Shown: positions 48,249 to 60,913 of the stretch, piece after piece
How positions within the stretch are numbered: position 1 is the stretch's first letter
Layout: each line of letters starts with the position of its first letter
Assembly: GCA_013265495.1 (NCBI GenBank)
Contig: MU058423.1
Span: 819,061 to 883,060 of the forward strand
Direction: 5' to 3'
Source: Vicugna vicugna
Lineage: Eukaryota
Length of the DNA stretch: 64,000 bases
Notes under the pieces: model-generated
What the model was told of the DNA's origin: nothing
Seen by the model: only the letters and a program-made list of their open reading frames with translations
The model's database searches: none
Made by a program: the position numbers and the translations under genes

Positions 48249-51200
48249 ACCTTCCCAAAGGTTCGGTATAATTCATTTATTCATTTTTACATTCAGTCAC
48301 CCAATATTTAGTACTCTTCCCTCTAGAAACTTATATTCTAGTGGGAGCAACGAGAGTAAATAAATGAAAATCATAGATTGGCGGGGTACATACATGCTAT
48401 TAAGAAAAATTGGGTAAGAAGATAGAAAGTCGGGGGGGGGCTCTTTAAGTAGGGTGATCAGAAGCAGCCTGCTGGGGTGAGGGGGCATGGCGGGAGTGCT
48501 CTGGGTATCCTGAGCAGAGCAGAGCAGAGCAGAGGAGGCAGCTGGAGTGCCTGGAGCCCGGTGCAAGCAGCTGTCAGAGGTGTAGGTTTGCTGAGGTGGC
48601 AACAATTACCACCCTGTTCATCCAGCAGAGAGTTGCCGCCCTCCCTCCCGTAAGGGATGGGTATTTACTTTTCCCTGCTGCACTGTTGACAAAGGAGCCC
48701 CTGGAGCTCAGCCCAGGAGAGGAGGAAGATGAGGGTGCCAGCATCAGCCCACAGGAACACTTCGTCTTGCAACTACCTGGGTCAGCAAAACCTGCCAGGC
48801 ACCCAGTGAGCAGGTGAAGAATAGTGCAGATGGCTCCATTCTCCTCCTGGATGCCTGCAGAGACCCCATAGAGGCCAGGGCTTTGCCAGAAGGCTGCCTC
48901 CCCTCTCTGCTGGGGACCTGGAGCCCCATGCGGAACAGAGCATCTGTAAAATGGGGATGATGGTGATAATAGAAACTGTGCAGAGCTGCTGTGAGACTTA
49001 ACGTGGAGTAATGGATGTGGAAAGTGCTTTGTAAACTGTAAGACATTATACAGATGTTCATTTACCATTTGTAAATGAGTTGATGAGAGAAGGCACAGGA
49101 TGCTTGCCCAGGAACTGGGTGGAGGCAGAGAAAGTTAAAGAAGGGGGAGTGGCCGCAAAGCGCCCCTGGGACTGTGACCGACACAGAAAGACAGTGCGTG
49201 AAAGGTACATGAATAAACATGAGACATCTTCTGACTCCTAACTGCCTTAATTGTGCTCCAGTTAACGAGGTAGACAGGCAGCTGCTGGTTTCTGTCAGGC
49301 AGGGAGGGCTGTCCCCTTTCTTCCTGCCTTGCTCAGCCACCCACCCAGGGTCCTGTTGACAGGACCCTGCTGGTAGGGTTTCCCCTCCCTCCTCCACCCC
49401 AGCCTGGACCCCTGCCCCTTCCTGCCCCTTCTGTGCGCAGCAGTGCAGTGCAGTCACTATGGGCATGGAGCCAATACTCATGAGCAACAGGGATGGATGC
49501 TGGGATGGGCTCAGTGCTGGTGAGTGTAGCCGTGGAAACTGGCAGGTGGGTCTGGCAGCCAGCTTCCTGGAGCTGACCCCAGGCTGGGCAGAACCTTGGG
49601 ATCCACACGTGCAATGGGGGTCCGGATGGAAGGAGGCTGGGAGAGACGGCAGGCAGGGCCCAGGGTTGGAGGGGAAGCGCAGGTCACCAGGCAACGGTCT
49701 GCAGACTTTCAGATTCAGTTCACGCTTATCGCACACCTACTATCTATCGGCCTGCATTGCGCTGAGAGTTGTAGCTGACGTCATCCTGTGTAACCTCACA
49801 ATGGGCCTGTGCGGTCAGCGTTACCCTCTACAGATAAGGACACAGACTTGCAGAGGGTAAGTGACTTCACCAAGGTCACACACACTGTTCAAGGTCCTGA
49901 GGCTTCTGAGACCAAACTGCATGTTCCTTTTCCTGACACTTCTCAGAACATCTACCCACACCACATCAGTGCCTTCACAGAACCTAACGTGGGGAACAGA
50001 CACCCTCTGCCACTTTCCCTCTTGTTGCTCGTGCTGGGTGGGGCGGAGGGTGAGGAGACATCTCCTGGGTTGTTCATCCTGAGCGGAGGGCCAGCGGTCT
50101 CCCTCCAGCTCTGCTCCCCTCCTCTCCTCCCTGCTCTCTGCTTCTGGCTGGGTTTGCCAGGAGGAGTCCTGGCAACAGCTTGGAGGGAAGGGGGAGAGTA
50201 CAGTGGGGATGCCCCTGTAGGTCACCTTGGGCTGCGGGTCACAACTGAAGGCCAGAGCCCCTCCCAAGGGGACCCTTTCTACACAACTGTCTTTCCCTGG
50301 GTTTTGGTGTCACTCCCTTCCTGGATCCTTTTGGTTGGTGACAGCCCTGCTTTACTTGCTCTGGTGTGCCATCTACTAGTTGTGCGGGTGTGGAAGGAGG
50401 TTGGAAAGGGTGAAGGTAAGAGGGATGGTCCTCCCAGTCCCAGCTGGAGAGAAGGACGCTGACTCTGGCCCATTCCACAGGGCTACATACCTCAGAGCTT
50501 CCCCAGATTCCAGCAGTCTGGAAGAAGCTTCCGATAGCCTCCTTGCTCTTGTCTGATCCGTCCGCCGCCCTCCCACGCCTGCCTGGTATGGGATCACGAG
50601 CATAAGACACAGGCTCTCTGCTTAAAGAGGACAGTCAAGATGCAGCTGGGGTGTGAAAAGTAATTATAGGCTGGTGATTAGAGCCACCCTGGGTCTCACT
50701 TGCTGGAACATGCCTCTCTGACCCTGAGAGGGTGGGTGAGATTAGTTAGCTTTTGGATAACTGGCACCAGGAACTCTAACACTCAGGAGGGGGATGGTGG
50801 ACTTGCCCCAGTGAGGGGGATGGACTGGATTGGAGAGGTCTGGAGGCTGCCCAGCTGGACATCCTGGGGCACTGAAGGATGAGGAGCCCGAGAATGTGGT
50901 GGTGGGTGAGGGGGAGGCAGTGGTGGGCTGCAACTCTGGCTCTGAGAGTTCAGTCTAGGTTTGACCTCAGCCCGACTTCCGCCAGGGCTCTAAGGACCTC
51001 AGCTTCACACAGGGGCCTCCAGAGGTGCTGAGAGCAGCCCACCAGGCCAGCATGGAGACCGAGCACAGCAGGGTGGGGACCAAGGCAGCAGGACTGACTG
51101 GGCCACAGAGTTGCAAGCACCCAACTCGGCCTCCAGCACAGTGCCGGGTACATAGCAGGCTCCCAGGAAATGTTAGTGGGATTCTTCAAGTGCTTCCGAG

Positions 51201-51721
51201 CTCAGTCGTGGCACAGACTAGGCTGTGTGATGTGGTTTCGCCCCTTCCCAAACAGGAGGCCAGCATTAGGATGTCAGGGTTTGAGCCCAGCTAGGCAGCT
51301 AAGCAGTTGGGTAACACGGGCAGTGCTTCTGGTGGCTCGAGGCCTTAATTCCCTCTTCTCTAAAGTGGAGGAGACACCTACTCTGAGATGAATGCATGGA
51401 GGCATTCGCAGATGGAGGAGGCATTTTAGTAACCAACAGCAACTAGGAGCAGGGGTGTCTGTGTCACGAGGAAGATACCTGTACTCTCACACTTTCACAC
51501 CTCCCCCCCCTCAGAGAACCAGCCTCTGCCCAGTGGCAGAAATCAGTGTCTCACCCTTTTCATGCCTCTCTGACCTCTTCTCCTGCCTCTCTCTCTGCCT
51601 CTGAGCTCTTAAAGCCTCCACCGCAACACCCCTGGCCACAGCTGAGGACAGATGGTTGTGGCCAAGGGGATCTTCCTGATGCTTCCATCTTCTCAGGAGC
51701 CCTTGAACACCCCCCCCAGCT

Positions 51722-51880
51722 AAGAATGCCAGATTTAGCAAATTAAGATATAGGACAGTGAATAATTTTTTTCAGTATATGTGTATCCAAAATATTGCAT
51801 GGGATATATCTATACTAAAAAAGTACTCTTGTTTATCTGATATTTAACTTTAACTGGGCATCTTGATCTGGCCAAATCTA
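51722..51880. mobile_element. MER53 palindromic hAT MITE (internally deleted)
   Basis: TGCCAGATTTAGCAAAT...AATATTGCATGGGATATATCTATACTAAAAAA...TTGTTTATCTGA...TTTAACTGGGCATC. Confidence 0.88.
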
Positions 51881-52079
51881 TCCCCAGCCAACAAGCCTCC
51901 CAGATCGAATCAGCTGCCTGGTGCCTGGTCTGGCAAGTGGCCGTGCTCCGAGCAATCCCCATCCTCAGCTCTGAGCCTCTGGGAGCCATAAGCTCTCCTT
52001 TAGTGTCGGGAACGTCAGGAGACCTCATGCTCTAACAGACATCCTATACCTTTTCAGATTCAAAGAAGCTTCAGACAGT

Positions 52080-52640
52080 AAGAATCCATTTGACATATGT
52101 TTAGTGAACATCTACCTGGTACCAGCTGTTCTCCTAAGCACTGAAGTTACAATGGTGAACAGAAAAGCAACACTTATCTCTCAGAACCATCGTGTTTGGA
52201 GCGGGTACCAAATGTCAGGCTCAGTGTTAAGCAGCCTAGAAGCTATGTCAGGTACTCCTCACAAAAACTTAAGAGGGTGGTAGTGTACAGCTGAGCAAAC
52301 TGAGGATTACTGAGGTTAATCATTTGTTCATTCACCAAATACATATCGAGCTCCTACTAAGTGCTAGGCGCTGTTCTTGGTGCTGGAAATACAACAGTGA
52401 ACAAAACAGATAAACACCCCTGCCCTCATGGAGCATGCACTCTAGTAGGGAGCAGGGGTGGGAGAGATGGGAATAAACACAGATAAAGTGCAGTATGTGA
52501 GAAGGTGATAAGTGTTATGAGAAAAATACAGCAGAGAGCGAGGCTATTGAGTGTCCATGGTAGGAGTTATAATTCAGATTAGGGTGATGAGAGAAGGCTC
52601 TGGACAAGGAGCCATTTGAGCAAAGTCGGGAAGGAAGTGA
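52080..52640 (-). mobile_element. L2 3' ends with intervening MIR fragment
   Basis: TCATTCACCAAATACATATCGAGCTCCTACTAAGTGCTAGGCGCTGTTCTTGGTGCTGGAAATACAACAGTGAACAAAACAGA. Confidence 0.85.
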
Positions 52641-52759
52641 TGGTAGTTTAGGAAGAAGAGGAGAGGAAATTCATCCCCCCACACCGCCCCACCCAACCCC
52701 ACTGCTCTGATTCTCGCAGCCGGATTCCTAATTACCATGCAACCCTGCCTGCCAGAACT

Positions 52760-53135
52760 TGATTGAGGCTTCCTGCCTGTCCCTTTCACACACATGATTT
52801 CATTTAATCCCCACATCAGAACAACCCTGAAGGTAAGTTTTATTATCACACTTTTCCAGAGAGAAAAGATGAAATGACTCAAAAAGATGAAATAACTTGC
52901 CTGAAGTGCCAATGCTGGGATTCAAGCCCGGCTCTTCCATTTCCAAATCCACCAAGCAGGAAGGGAAGCACCCGGGTCTGCCTAGGTCCGATGACCTTGC
53001 ACATTTCACGTCCTAAGCCTCAATTTCCCCATCTGAAAAGTGGGGTTAATATGGTCTACCTCATAGCCTTGCTGAGAGGATTAGTAGGTAATACCGGTAA
53101 AGTGCCAGACTTAGCTCATTCATGCTGTTACTAAT
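52760..53135. mobile_element. Two MIRs in opposite orientation (minus then plus)
   Basis: TTCATTTAATCCCCAC...GGGATTCAAGCCC; then GACCTTGCAC...GCCTCAATTTCCCCATCTGAAAA. Confidence 0.75.
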
Positions 53136-53289
53136 ATCCTAAGAATAATACCCTACTCATCGAATCCCCCTGGAGGAGCCGGGTTGGACAGTGTGGTTCC
53201 TAGGACTTGGGGAAAGAAAGGATGCCTTGGGAGAGCAGAGGATGTGGAAATGGAAGAAGCACGAAGCAGGATAAAAGTGGAGAGAATCA

Positions 53290-53730
53290 CCGCAGGCAAG
53301 CCCACCTGCGTGCGAGCGGATGCGTAAACGTTACTTAACCCTGCGTGGCGCGACTCCGTGATTGTAATCACACTGGTTTGAGGTTGTGACTTCAGCAATT
53401 TTGTTTGTCTTTTGGAGGCGCTGGCTCATTTTTCATGCACGCGCAGGAGCTGAAAGCGTCCCGGAGAGCGCTCTCCGCCTGCTGGTCTGGAGGTGCGCCG
53501 CCATATGCTCGGCGCGCGTAATTAACCCGCGGCAGCTGCACTCCCCTCCGCCTGCAGGACGGATTCCATTCGCGTTTCACTCGCAGGCAAATGATTACCC
53601 TAAAGCGAGGTGCTGAGGACAAGCCCAGCACCAGACTGGAAGCCGTCCTGGCCGGCCCAACCGACGCCGGACGCCCAGTGCTCAGTGAGCGCGGCTTGGT
53701 CCTGCCCGCTCCCAGGAAGGGCTCCCAGCG
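53290..53730. promoter_or_regulatory. Orphan CpG island / putative conserved enhancer
   Basis: About 40 CpG in ~440 bp (manual count) against a CpG-depleted background; non-repetitive; TAATTA and palindromic motifs. Confidence 0.65.
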
Positions 53731-54096
53731 GCCCCACACAGAGCTGTGGGCTGCCCTGCAGGTGCACAAGCTGTTTTTCTGGCATCTGAAATGCATTGTT
53801 CCTGGACTTTCCTTGCTGGTCTAGCCCTCATCCCATCTTCTCCCTGCCAACCTTTCTTCAGCCACTGACCCCTCAGGCTCTTTCCAGAGAAGTGCTTTTG
53901 GCACCTGGAACTGGTACTCAGACAGAGTAGGCACCTGATTAATATTGAGCAAGAGATAATTCCGATGGGGAGAGGACAAAGGGATGCTCCATTAACCCTC
54001 CTGTATAGAAACCTGAGCCTGTGGCCCACGTGTTCCATGACCTCCACAAATAGTCATTTATCCAGATGGTGACAGCTATAAAGATTGATGTATCAC

Positions 54097-54183
54097 AGGA
54101 GGAGGGCATAACTCAGTGGTAGAGCGCATGCTTAGCATGCCCAAAGTCCTGGGTTCAATTCCCAGTACTTCCATTAAAAAAAA
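54097..54183 (+). mobile_element. Camelid tRNA-Ala-derived SINE (short form)
   Basis: GGGCATAACTCAGTGGTAGAGCGCATGCTTAGCATGCCCAAAGTCCTGGGTTCAATTCCCAGTACTTCCA + A tail; TSD AAAGATTGATG(T/G)AT. Confidence 0.95.
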
Positions 54184-54439
54184 AAAGATTGATGGATAAG
54201 GTGCTTTTGGGGACTTAGGGCAGGGACAAGAGGAGGCTATAGGGAGCCAAACCAAGGGGCTGGCCATCTTTCTAAACTTTCCTCACACTTTACTGCCCTC
54301 GGCTAGGGACAGTGGTTCTTGGCAGGGTTGTTCTGTGAGGATACAGAGCCACATCAGTTCATCCCACGGTGCCATCGAGTTGTGAGCTGCTCTTGGTCCC
54401 ACAGCCACAGCCCCCCTTGTGGTGGTGATTCACACCGTC

Positions 54440-55130
54440 TGCAGGCATGCAGCATCCACAGTGCCAGAGGCCCTGCTAGGCACTGGGATGGGGAATATAA
54501 AGAAAAATGATAAACATACCCAGTCCCCAAGGAGCTCATGTCTAGTGGGGAAGACAGATATGTAAACAGTTGTTTGCAGTACACTGGGGTGTCTACAGAG
54601 GTTTGAACACAGAGAAGAGAGTGACTAAATTTGCCAGGAGTTGGTGATGAGATTCTTGAGATTTTCACTGAGTACAGATAAGTTTGAGGGCAGAACCAGA
54701 GCAATAACATTTCCTTTGTTCCTCAGAGGTATGTGCACTTCTGTGCTAAGCACCGTGCTGGCTGGTAGATGTATGGGTCCTAGACTCAAGGAGCTTGCAC
54801 CCCAAGTGGAAAGACTCACATGGCACTCATTTACTCAATGAGCATTTAGTGAGCACCTACTGTATATCAGAGTATGTTCTAGACTAGAAGATACAAAGAT
54901 GATTAGACACCATTGCTGCCCTGGTCTAGAGGGAAGACAGACAGACAGACAGACAGAATACAGTATAAATGAGTGGAATATGTCCATCACAAGAAGAGCC
55001 TTTTCAAGGTCTGGAGAGGAAAGAACAATTATTTATGTGGAATGAAGAAAACAGCAGCTCAGGGAGGACTTTCTTGGGATGGTTATGTCCAAGTTGGGTT
55101 TTCAAGGGTGATTAGGAGTTTCCAGGTTGA
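54440..55130 (-). mobile_element. Cluster of L2 3' fragments
   Basis: CATTTACTCAATGAGCATTTAGTGAGCACCTACTGTATATCAG; CCCCAAGGAGCTCATGTCTAGTGGGGAAGACAGA. Confidence 0.75.
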
Positions 55131-58100
55131 AAGTGGCAGGTGGGAATGATTATAAGGACATAAATAGTTGGGCAATAGAAGAACTCAACAGTAACACAGA
55201 TGAGAGATTCACAAGGCACCCCAGCATTGAAGACTAGCCTCCTAAGTGCCAGATGATTACCATGGTCAGCCCTCTGCAGGCTTTTCTGCATATGAGAAAT
55301 ACACCCAGTTCTGTCTTAGCGACTGTGGCTTGAACACAATGTGGATGTGTCATGGGGGCATTTGAACATGGATCCAGCCTTTTCTGCCCCAGTCATGCCA
55401 CTGGTCATTTTCCCAACCCCTGGGCTTCCTATTTGGAAACAAACATGGGAAAGTCACCTGGTGCGGTGGCTCCCAGTGGCCGGTGACTGACCCAGCCACA
55501 TCAGAGCCTCCAGCTACATATGGTTCCTTGCTGTGCTCCATTCAGTGTGCCAGGCTGTGACCCAGGGTCTGTGCATTTTAAGTTCCCCAGAGTGACTGCG
55601 ATGAGACCTGTTGGTCATGTCTTCCTCCTTTGGTTATCCTTCCTTTCACAAGGAGGGGTGTGTTCCAAGGGAAAGTGATGCCTGTGAGTTGGCTGTGAGG
55701 GGCCCCCAGATAGTGCTGCAGCCTCCAAGGATTCCCGAGGGAGCAGAAGCCTGGGAGATGTGTCCCCGGGCACACTGGGCAGGGAAGAGTGGGGGGGTGC
55801 TGTTTGTCAGGTTATTTAGTCACTGATGAAGATGCTATTTTTAGCACTCAGGCAATTTGGGCTTCTCTAATCAGGGAGCAGGGAGCAGGCCAACTGAGGG
55901 TGACCGGGGATTTGAAATTCCACGCAGAGCCTGTTAGGACTGGACCAGGGAAGATGACATTCTTGGCCAGGGATCGGTTGGAGGAGAATCAGATATTTTC
56001 CAGTCACACAGAGGAAAGGACAAGAGGGAAAGATGCTAAGACTGAGCAGGAAGGAACATGGTGAAATGGCTGACAAGTTACAGGGCTCTCTGGTGGTTTC
56101 CTCAGAAGAGAAGGTGGACTCGCATTTGCCTTCAAAAAGGCAGGAGCAATCAGCCAGGAAGTTCTAATGGCAACTACCAGGCAGGTCCGATGGAAGATAG
56201 GGAGGAGCCAGGATGAGGAGACGGCGGGATCAGGAACCCTGTAACGAGGCTGGACAGGAAATCTGGTCCCTAAAAGAATGGACAGAGGGACCAAAGGAGG
56301 AGCCTAGTCACAGAGGAAAGGAGTCCAGGCAGGAACCAAACTCTGAAGAGAATCGACAAACAGAGAGCCTCTGGGCTGAGCGGGGTGCAGCAAGCTAAAT
56401 GCCATCTTCATGTGAATTAGAAAAAGCACCTCCTCCCACCCCCCCCCAGAAGCAGCACAAAGATGGCTGCCCCTCAGTCAGGACCTGCACAGCAGAGCAC
56501 GTGGCCTTGAGGCTGAGTTCCTAAGTAGTTGGCCTTGGACTCCTCCATTTCCCCGCCTACAAAGAGGATCATTCCCAGAGCTTGGCCTGGACTGCCCCTA
56601 CAGATGGCACCACCTGCAGGAGGAGAGGGAGGTACCTGGCCAGGCCTAAAGCCAGGTGTTTCTTGCCAAGTGGGGTTTTGTGAGTCCTCAGGGAGAAGGA
56701 CCCCCTCCCGACCTGTCAGGGGTGAGGGGAGGAAGACGAGCTGGAACAGGGACCCTGAGCCAGGTGCTCTCTGCTCGCCCCCCCATACCTCTTAGCCTGG
56801 AGGCTGGGCGCTGTTCCGCGGTGCCGCAGCACAGCGGGCTGCTCCCCGATCACAGCCTGAGTCTTCTGCTCGGCCCGCCCAGGGGAGGGGAAGTACGTGC
56901 CGAGAGTCACTGAGGAGTCCTGATGATATTGGAGCGAGTGTCCACTTTGGGAGGTCTACGCCGTCTAGACGATGTTCTGGCCCGATCAATAGGACGTCAG
57001 TCTCCAAAGGCCGCCTGCGCCTGGCCAGGAATAGACATAGGCAGGAGCGCAAGTGTGCCTCTGTCCTTCCTGCGGCCTCTGTCTGGAGAATAAGGGAGCC
57101 ATGGAGAGGCGAGGAAGTGGAGAAGAGAGAATGAGATGGAGGGAGGGGTGGGGACCTGAGCTGGAGACTGGAAATCAGGGAAAAGGGAAGAGCATGGAGG
57201 AGATCCACTGGCAGCCTCTCTGGCTGGGGTAGCCAGCGCCTCCTGTGGGAAGCGGTACTTCCTGTGTCCCAGGCATCATTCTGCACTTCTTTCATCCTCA
57301 CACTCACCCCGCCAGGTGTCTTGTTATCCATGTCCCACAGACAGGAGCTGAGGCGTGGAAGGGTGCAGTGATTTCCCCTAAGTTCTCAGAACTAAGAAGA
57401 GGGTACCAGGGGTCACACCTGGTGACCAATCCTGCGTGGCAGTTTGGCTACTGCCCTCTTGGGCAGTCTCTGAGGTCTCCGGGGTGGGTCTGAGTGTGTG
57501 GAAGCCTATTTTCTGCACCTATGCCAACAGGCACGTGGGTGTCACCTCAGGGCAGAGATGCACATCCAGGGTGTGGGGGCGGGAAGGGATTCGGGCACAA
57601 GAAGAGGCGGGCAGCTCACCAAGTGCTCCCTCTGTAAAGTTTCCATTGGACTTTCACAGACCCCACCGCCATCACTCCCACCCATGACTGCTCCCCTCTG
57701 AGGGCATCTGGTGGCCCTGGGTCAGGAACCCCGGAAATCTATGGAGCAAACTGCACTGGCATGAGCTGGGACCTCAGTGCTGAACTCATTCCCGTGTCTG
57801 CTGAGGATCCACGGGACACAGCTCCCTACCCGCTGACGGATTCCCCTCTGCCAGGAGGTCCTGTCACCGAGGACAGGGCTGTGCGTGATCTGCTTGCGGC
57901 CAGGCGTGCCTTGGTCTGTAATCTGTGCCCTCAAGCCTAGAATGCAGAGGGTGCTCACCAGACACTAGCAGCGTGTGAAGGGTGTCAGGCAGCAGCAGGG
58001 AAGCTGCTGGCCCCTCTGTTCACCTCGCAGGGCCTGAGGACGGGTTCACAGGAGGGAGGAGGGCCGAGCAAGGGCTCTCAAAGCACAGTGGGGCTGTGGG

Positions 58101-58465
58101 GATGGCCCGCCAGGCCAGGACGACAGCTCAGCCAATCGGGGGCAAACTGTGTGAGCTTCTCCTGGTGTCTCTCTACCTCCAGCGTTCCCTCCAGGCATGC
58201 TGGGGGTCCTGCCCGCAGCTCTGGGACACCCTGCCCTGCTGGAGGGAAGCTGGAGGACTCTGCTCCCCAAGGCCCCCACCCCAGCTGCTGGCAACAATTA
58301 AGCCCAGGACAGCCATTAGCTAGCACTGAAGGGCCTGTATTGATTAAGGCTAATTATATTTACTCTTTAGCAGTGTGAGGCCTGCTAGGAATATTTTTTG
58401 TTAATTTGCTGCTGCTTAGCCTCAGGAATGGGAACTGATATGCCAGCCTCCACCTAGATCACCCC

Positions 58466-58467
<2 letters not shown>

Positions 58468-58505
<38 letters not shown>
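58468..58505. repeat. (AC)19 microsatellite
   Basis: Directly visible. Confidence 0.95.
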
Positions 58506-58507
<2 letters not shown>

Positions 58508-58688
58508 CTCTTCATGGTTGCTGAATGACTGTAAATGCTCGTCTAAGACCCGCGGCATTCCAGGCTGTTCTTCCTGCAGCTTTTATTTCTGAAAAGAACA
58601 TGGAAGTGGCTGAAGGAGTTTTATTTTCTTTTGGCTGCTTTTACCTTGGATGAGAAGCATAGAGGAACCCAAGCTGATTGCAGCAAAC

Positions 58689-58731
58689 CACACACACACA
58701 CACACACACACACACTCATACACTCATACAC
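58689..58731. repeat. (CA)13 microsatellite with degenerate CTCATACA extension
   Basis: Directly visible. Confidence 0.9.
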
Positions 58732-58830
58732 TCTCTCCCCCACATAAGTGTATATTTTTTATAAATATGTTTTCTTTACTAAGTGTAACTCCGTCTACCA
58801 TGTAAACATCATCTTAGTAGTAAGATGAGT

Positions 58831-58943
58831 TGTTGGGAGGGTAGGTAGTTAGGGTTATTTTTTTTAATGAAGGTGCTGGGGCTTGAACCCAGGACCTCGT
58901 GCCTGCTAGGCTTTCGCTCTACCACTGAGCTGTGCCCTCCCCC
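58831..58943 (-). mobile_element. Camelid tRNA-Ala-derived SINE (long form, diverged)
   Basis: Reverse complement GGGGGAGGGCACAGCTCAGTGGTAGAGCGAAAGCCTAGCAGGCACGAGGTCCTGGGTTCAAGCCCCAGCACCTTCA-A-rich-CCCTAACTACC. Confidence 0.9.
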
Positions 58944-59379
58944 TGCAATAAATATACTTTTAAAACCTAAATTCTAGGAGAAAAGGAGAGACAAAGGTGT
59001 CTCTTCTCTGTCTCTGGGGTATAGAAACCCAGATCCCGGAGAAGATGGCCCTGTGTCACTCCGCCACCCAGTAGAAGGCGTCATTCCCACCTCGGTTCTT
59101 CTGGCCCCTTGGCCCCGCCTCCCTGATGACATGCCTCACCCTCGGTATTTCATTTTGGCAGGAGCAGGAATATGCCTTCTCCTGGTCACCAGGTTGTAAG
59201 TGCCTCCCTCCCTTCCTTTAGGAAACACTTATGGGACTGGGCCAGGCCCCTTGCCTAGGCTGAGGATACAGGGGCCATGGGTCCCATCTCTGCCCTCAGG
59301 TGGCTCACAGTCTAGTGAGGGAGACCAAATAGGAAGCCACAGTTACCCGCCATGCTGTGGGTCTGAGGGCCTGGGCACA

Positions 59380-59760
59380 CAGCTGGAGTCCAGCGCTGGC
59401 TGGAGCTGCTTTACTAACTCGGGCAAGGAACATCTTTAAGTCTCAGTTTCCCCAGTTGTAAGATTAAGATAATAACAGAGACTACTTCAGAGAACCATCG
59501 TGACATATGGCTCATGAGATGTTGCACGTGAAGTGCTCACCCCCGCCTGGCACGTAGCAAATGCTCAGTAAACCACAGTAGCCGTGCTTAATGGCTCTGT
59601 GCATTACTATGTCCCGGGCAGATTTCACATGCACTGTCTCGTCCAAGCCTCATGGGAGCCTTATGAGGATATGGAGCCATGGAGGGGTGAGATAACTTAA
59701 TTGGGGTCACAGAGTAAGCTGAGACTCGACCCCCTGCCACCCATATGCTTAACCAGTTTG
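59380..59760. mobile_element. Tail-to-tail MIR pair
   Basis: Plus TCTCAGTTTCCCAGTTGTAA...GCCTGGCACGTAGCAAATGCTCAGTAAA; then a minus-strand MIR remnant. Confidence 0.65.
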
Positions 59761-60005
59761 CTCTTGCATCCCTCACTCCAGGTGACACTGGCTCCCACTC
59801 CTTTATCGGCAGCACAGCAGAGTGTGATGGGCACACAGAGGAAAGGCCCTTACATCACCTGGGATGTGACATCAGGAAAGAGCTCCCCAAAGAGGATAAA
59901 TGGCCTTTTTCTGGTAGAGGGAACACTGTGTTCAGAGGCCCAGAGGTGAAAGAACACGGTGTGTTTGGAGAACAGCAAATATTTCAATCTAAGTGGATGG
60001 CGGCT

Positions 60006-60134
60006 CGGGTGACCATATATCCTAGTTTGCGTGGGACTGTCCTGGTTTACACCTATTGGCCCAGCTTAATTATAAATAGTTCCTGTTCCCTCTCAGAGAA
60101 TCCCAGTCAGGATGATAAATTACCTGGTCACCAT
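60006..60134 (-). mobile_element. MER94 hAT-Blackjack MITE
   Basis: TIRs GGGTGACCA / TGGTCACC; internal GGGACTGTCCTGGTTTACACCT...TAATTATAAATAG...GATGATAAATTA. Confidence 0.88.
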
Positions 60135-60913
60135 AATTCTAGTATGCAAGTCCTGGAGAGGTGAAAACAGAGCTTTGCCAGCCCACCCAAGGACTCAGAT
60201 TTTATGCGGAAGGATGTGGAGACCACTGAAGCGTGAGTTATAGGGAGCAAGACTGAGGCCATCCAGACCTTTAGGATGCAGTGGTCCAGGCGGACAGTGA
60301 TGTTGAATTATTAAGGAAGTAGAATCCATAGACTTTGGTTACAGAGAGGCTGTGGGGCTAGTGGGTAAGGACAGGGACTCTGACACCCGGCTCTGAGTTC
60401 AAATCCTAGGTCAGCCCTTTATTAGCTCTTTATCTAATTATTCAATCCCTCTGTATCGCACTTTCTTTGCCTCTGAATAAGGTATCATAATAGCACCACC
60501 TCACGGGGTGGTTGTGAAGGTTACATAGAGTTAACAGGTGGGGCAGTTGTAAGCAGTAACAAGTCAGGGATGACTCGGTCTCTGGCTTCAGTCACTGGAA
60601 CAGAAGCATTCCTTGAGCTTGAGAATGAGAGGAGATGCAGGGCAGGACACAGGGATGGCAAGGCCTGTGTGGGGATATGTTGCATTCGAGGTGTCAGAGG
60701 GGAGAGGAGATACCTGACAGATAGCTGGATGTGCCATGTCTAGCATGCAAGGAAGGTCTGGGCTGAAGATGCCAACCTTGGCATCATCCGTGTGTCAGCA
60801 GGAGTGGATGGAGTGGGAAAGAAGCATCCAGAAAACCCTGGGGGCACCAGCCTTTAAGTTGATGGTGGAGGAGAGGCACCGAGGATCCGAGGCATGATCA
60901 GAAAGGCAGGAGA

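Noticed and set aside
49062..50462. ORFs of 224 and 217 aa
   Set aside because: No homology that I recognise; they overlap MIR remnants and have a composition typical of translated non-coding DNA.
52760..53135. Inverted MIR pair as a dsRNA hairpin
   Set aside because: Copies are too diverged for stable long pairing, and such pairs are expected by chance at this MIR density.
57700..57716. Second CTCF-like motif (reverse GGCCACCAGATGCCC)
   Set aside because: Mismatch in the critical GGC part of the core; too weak to call.
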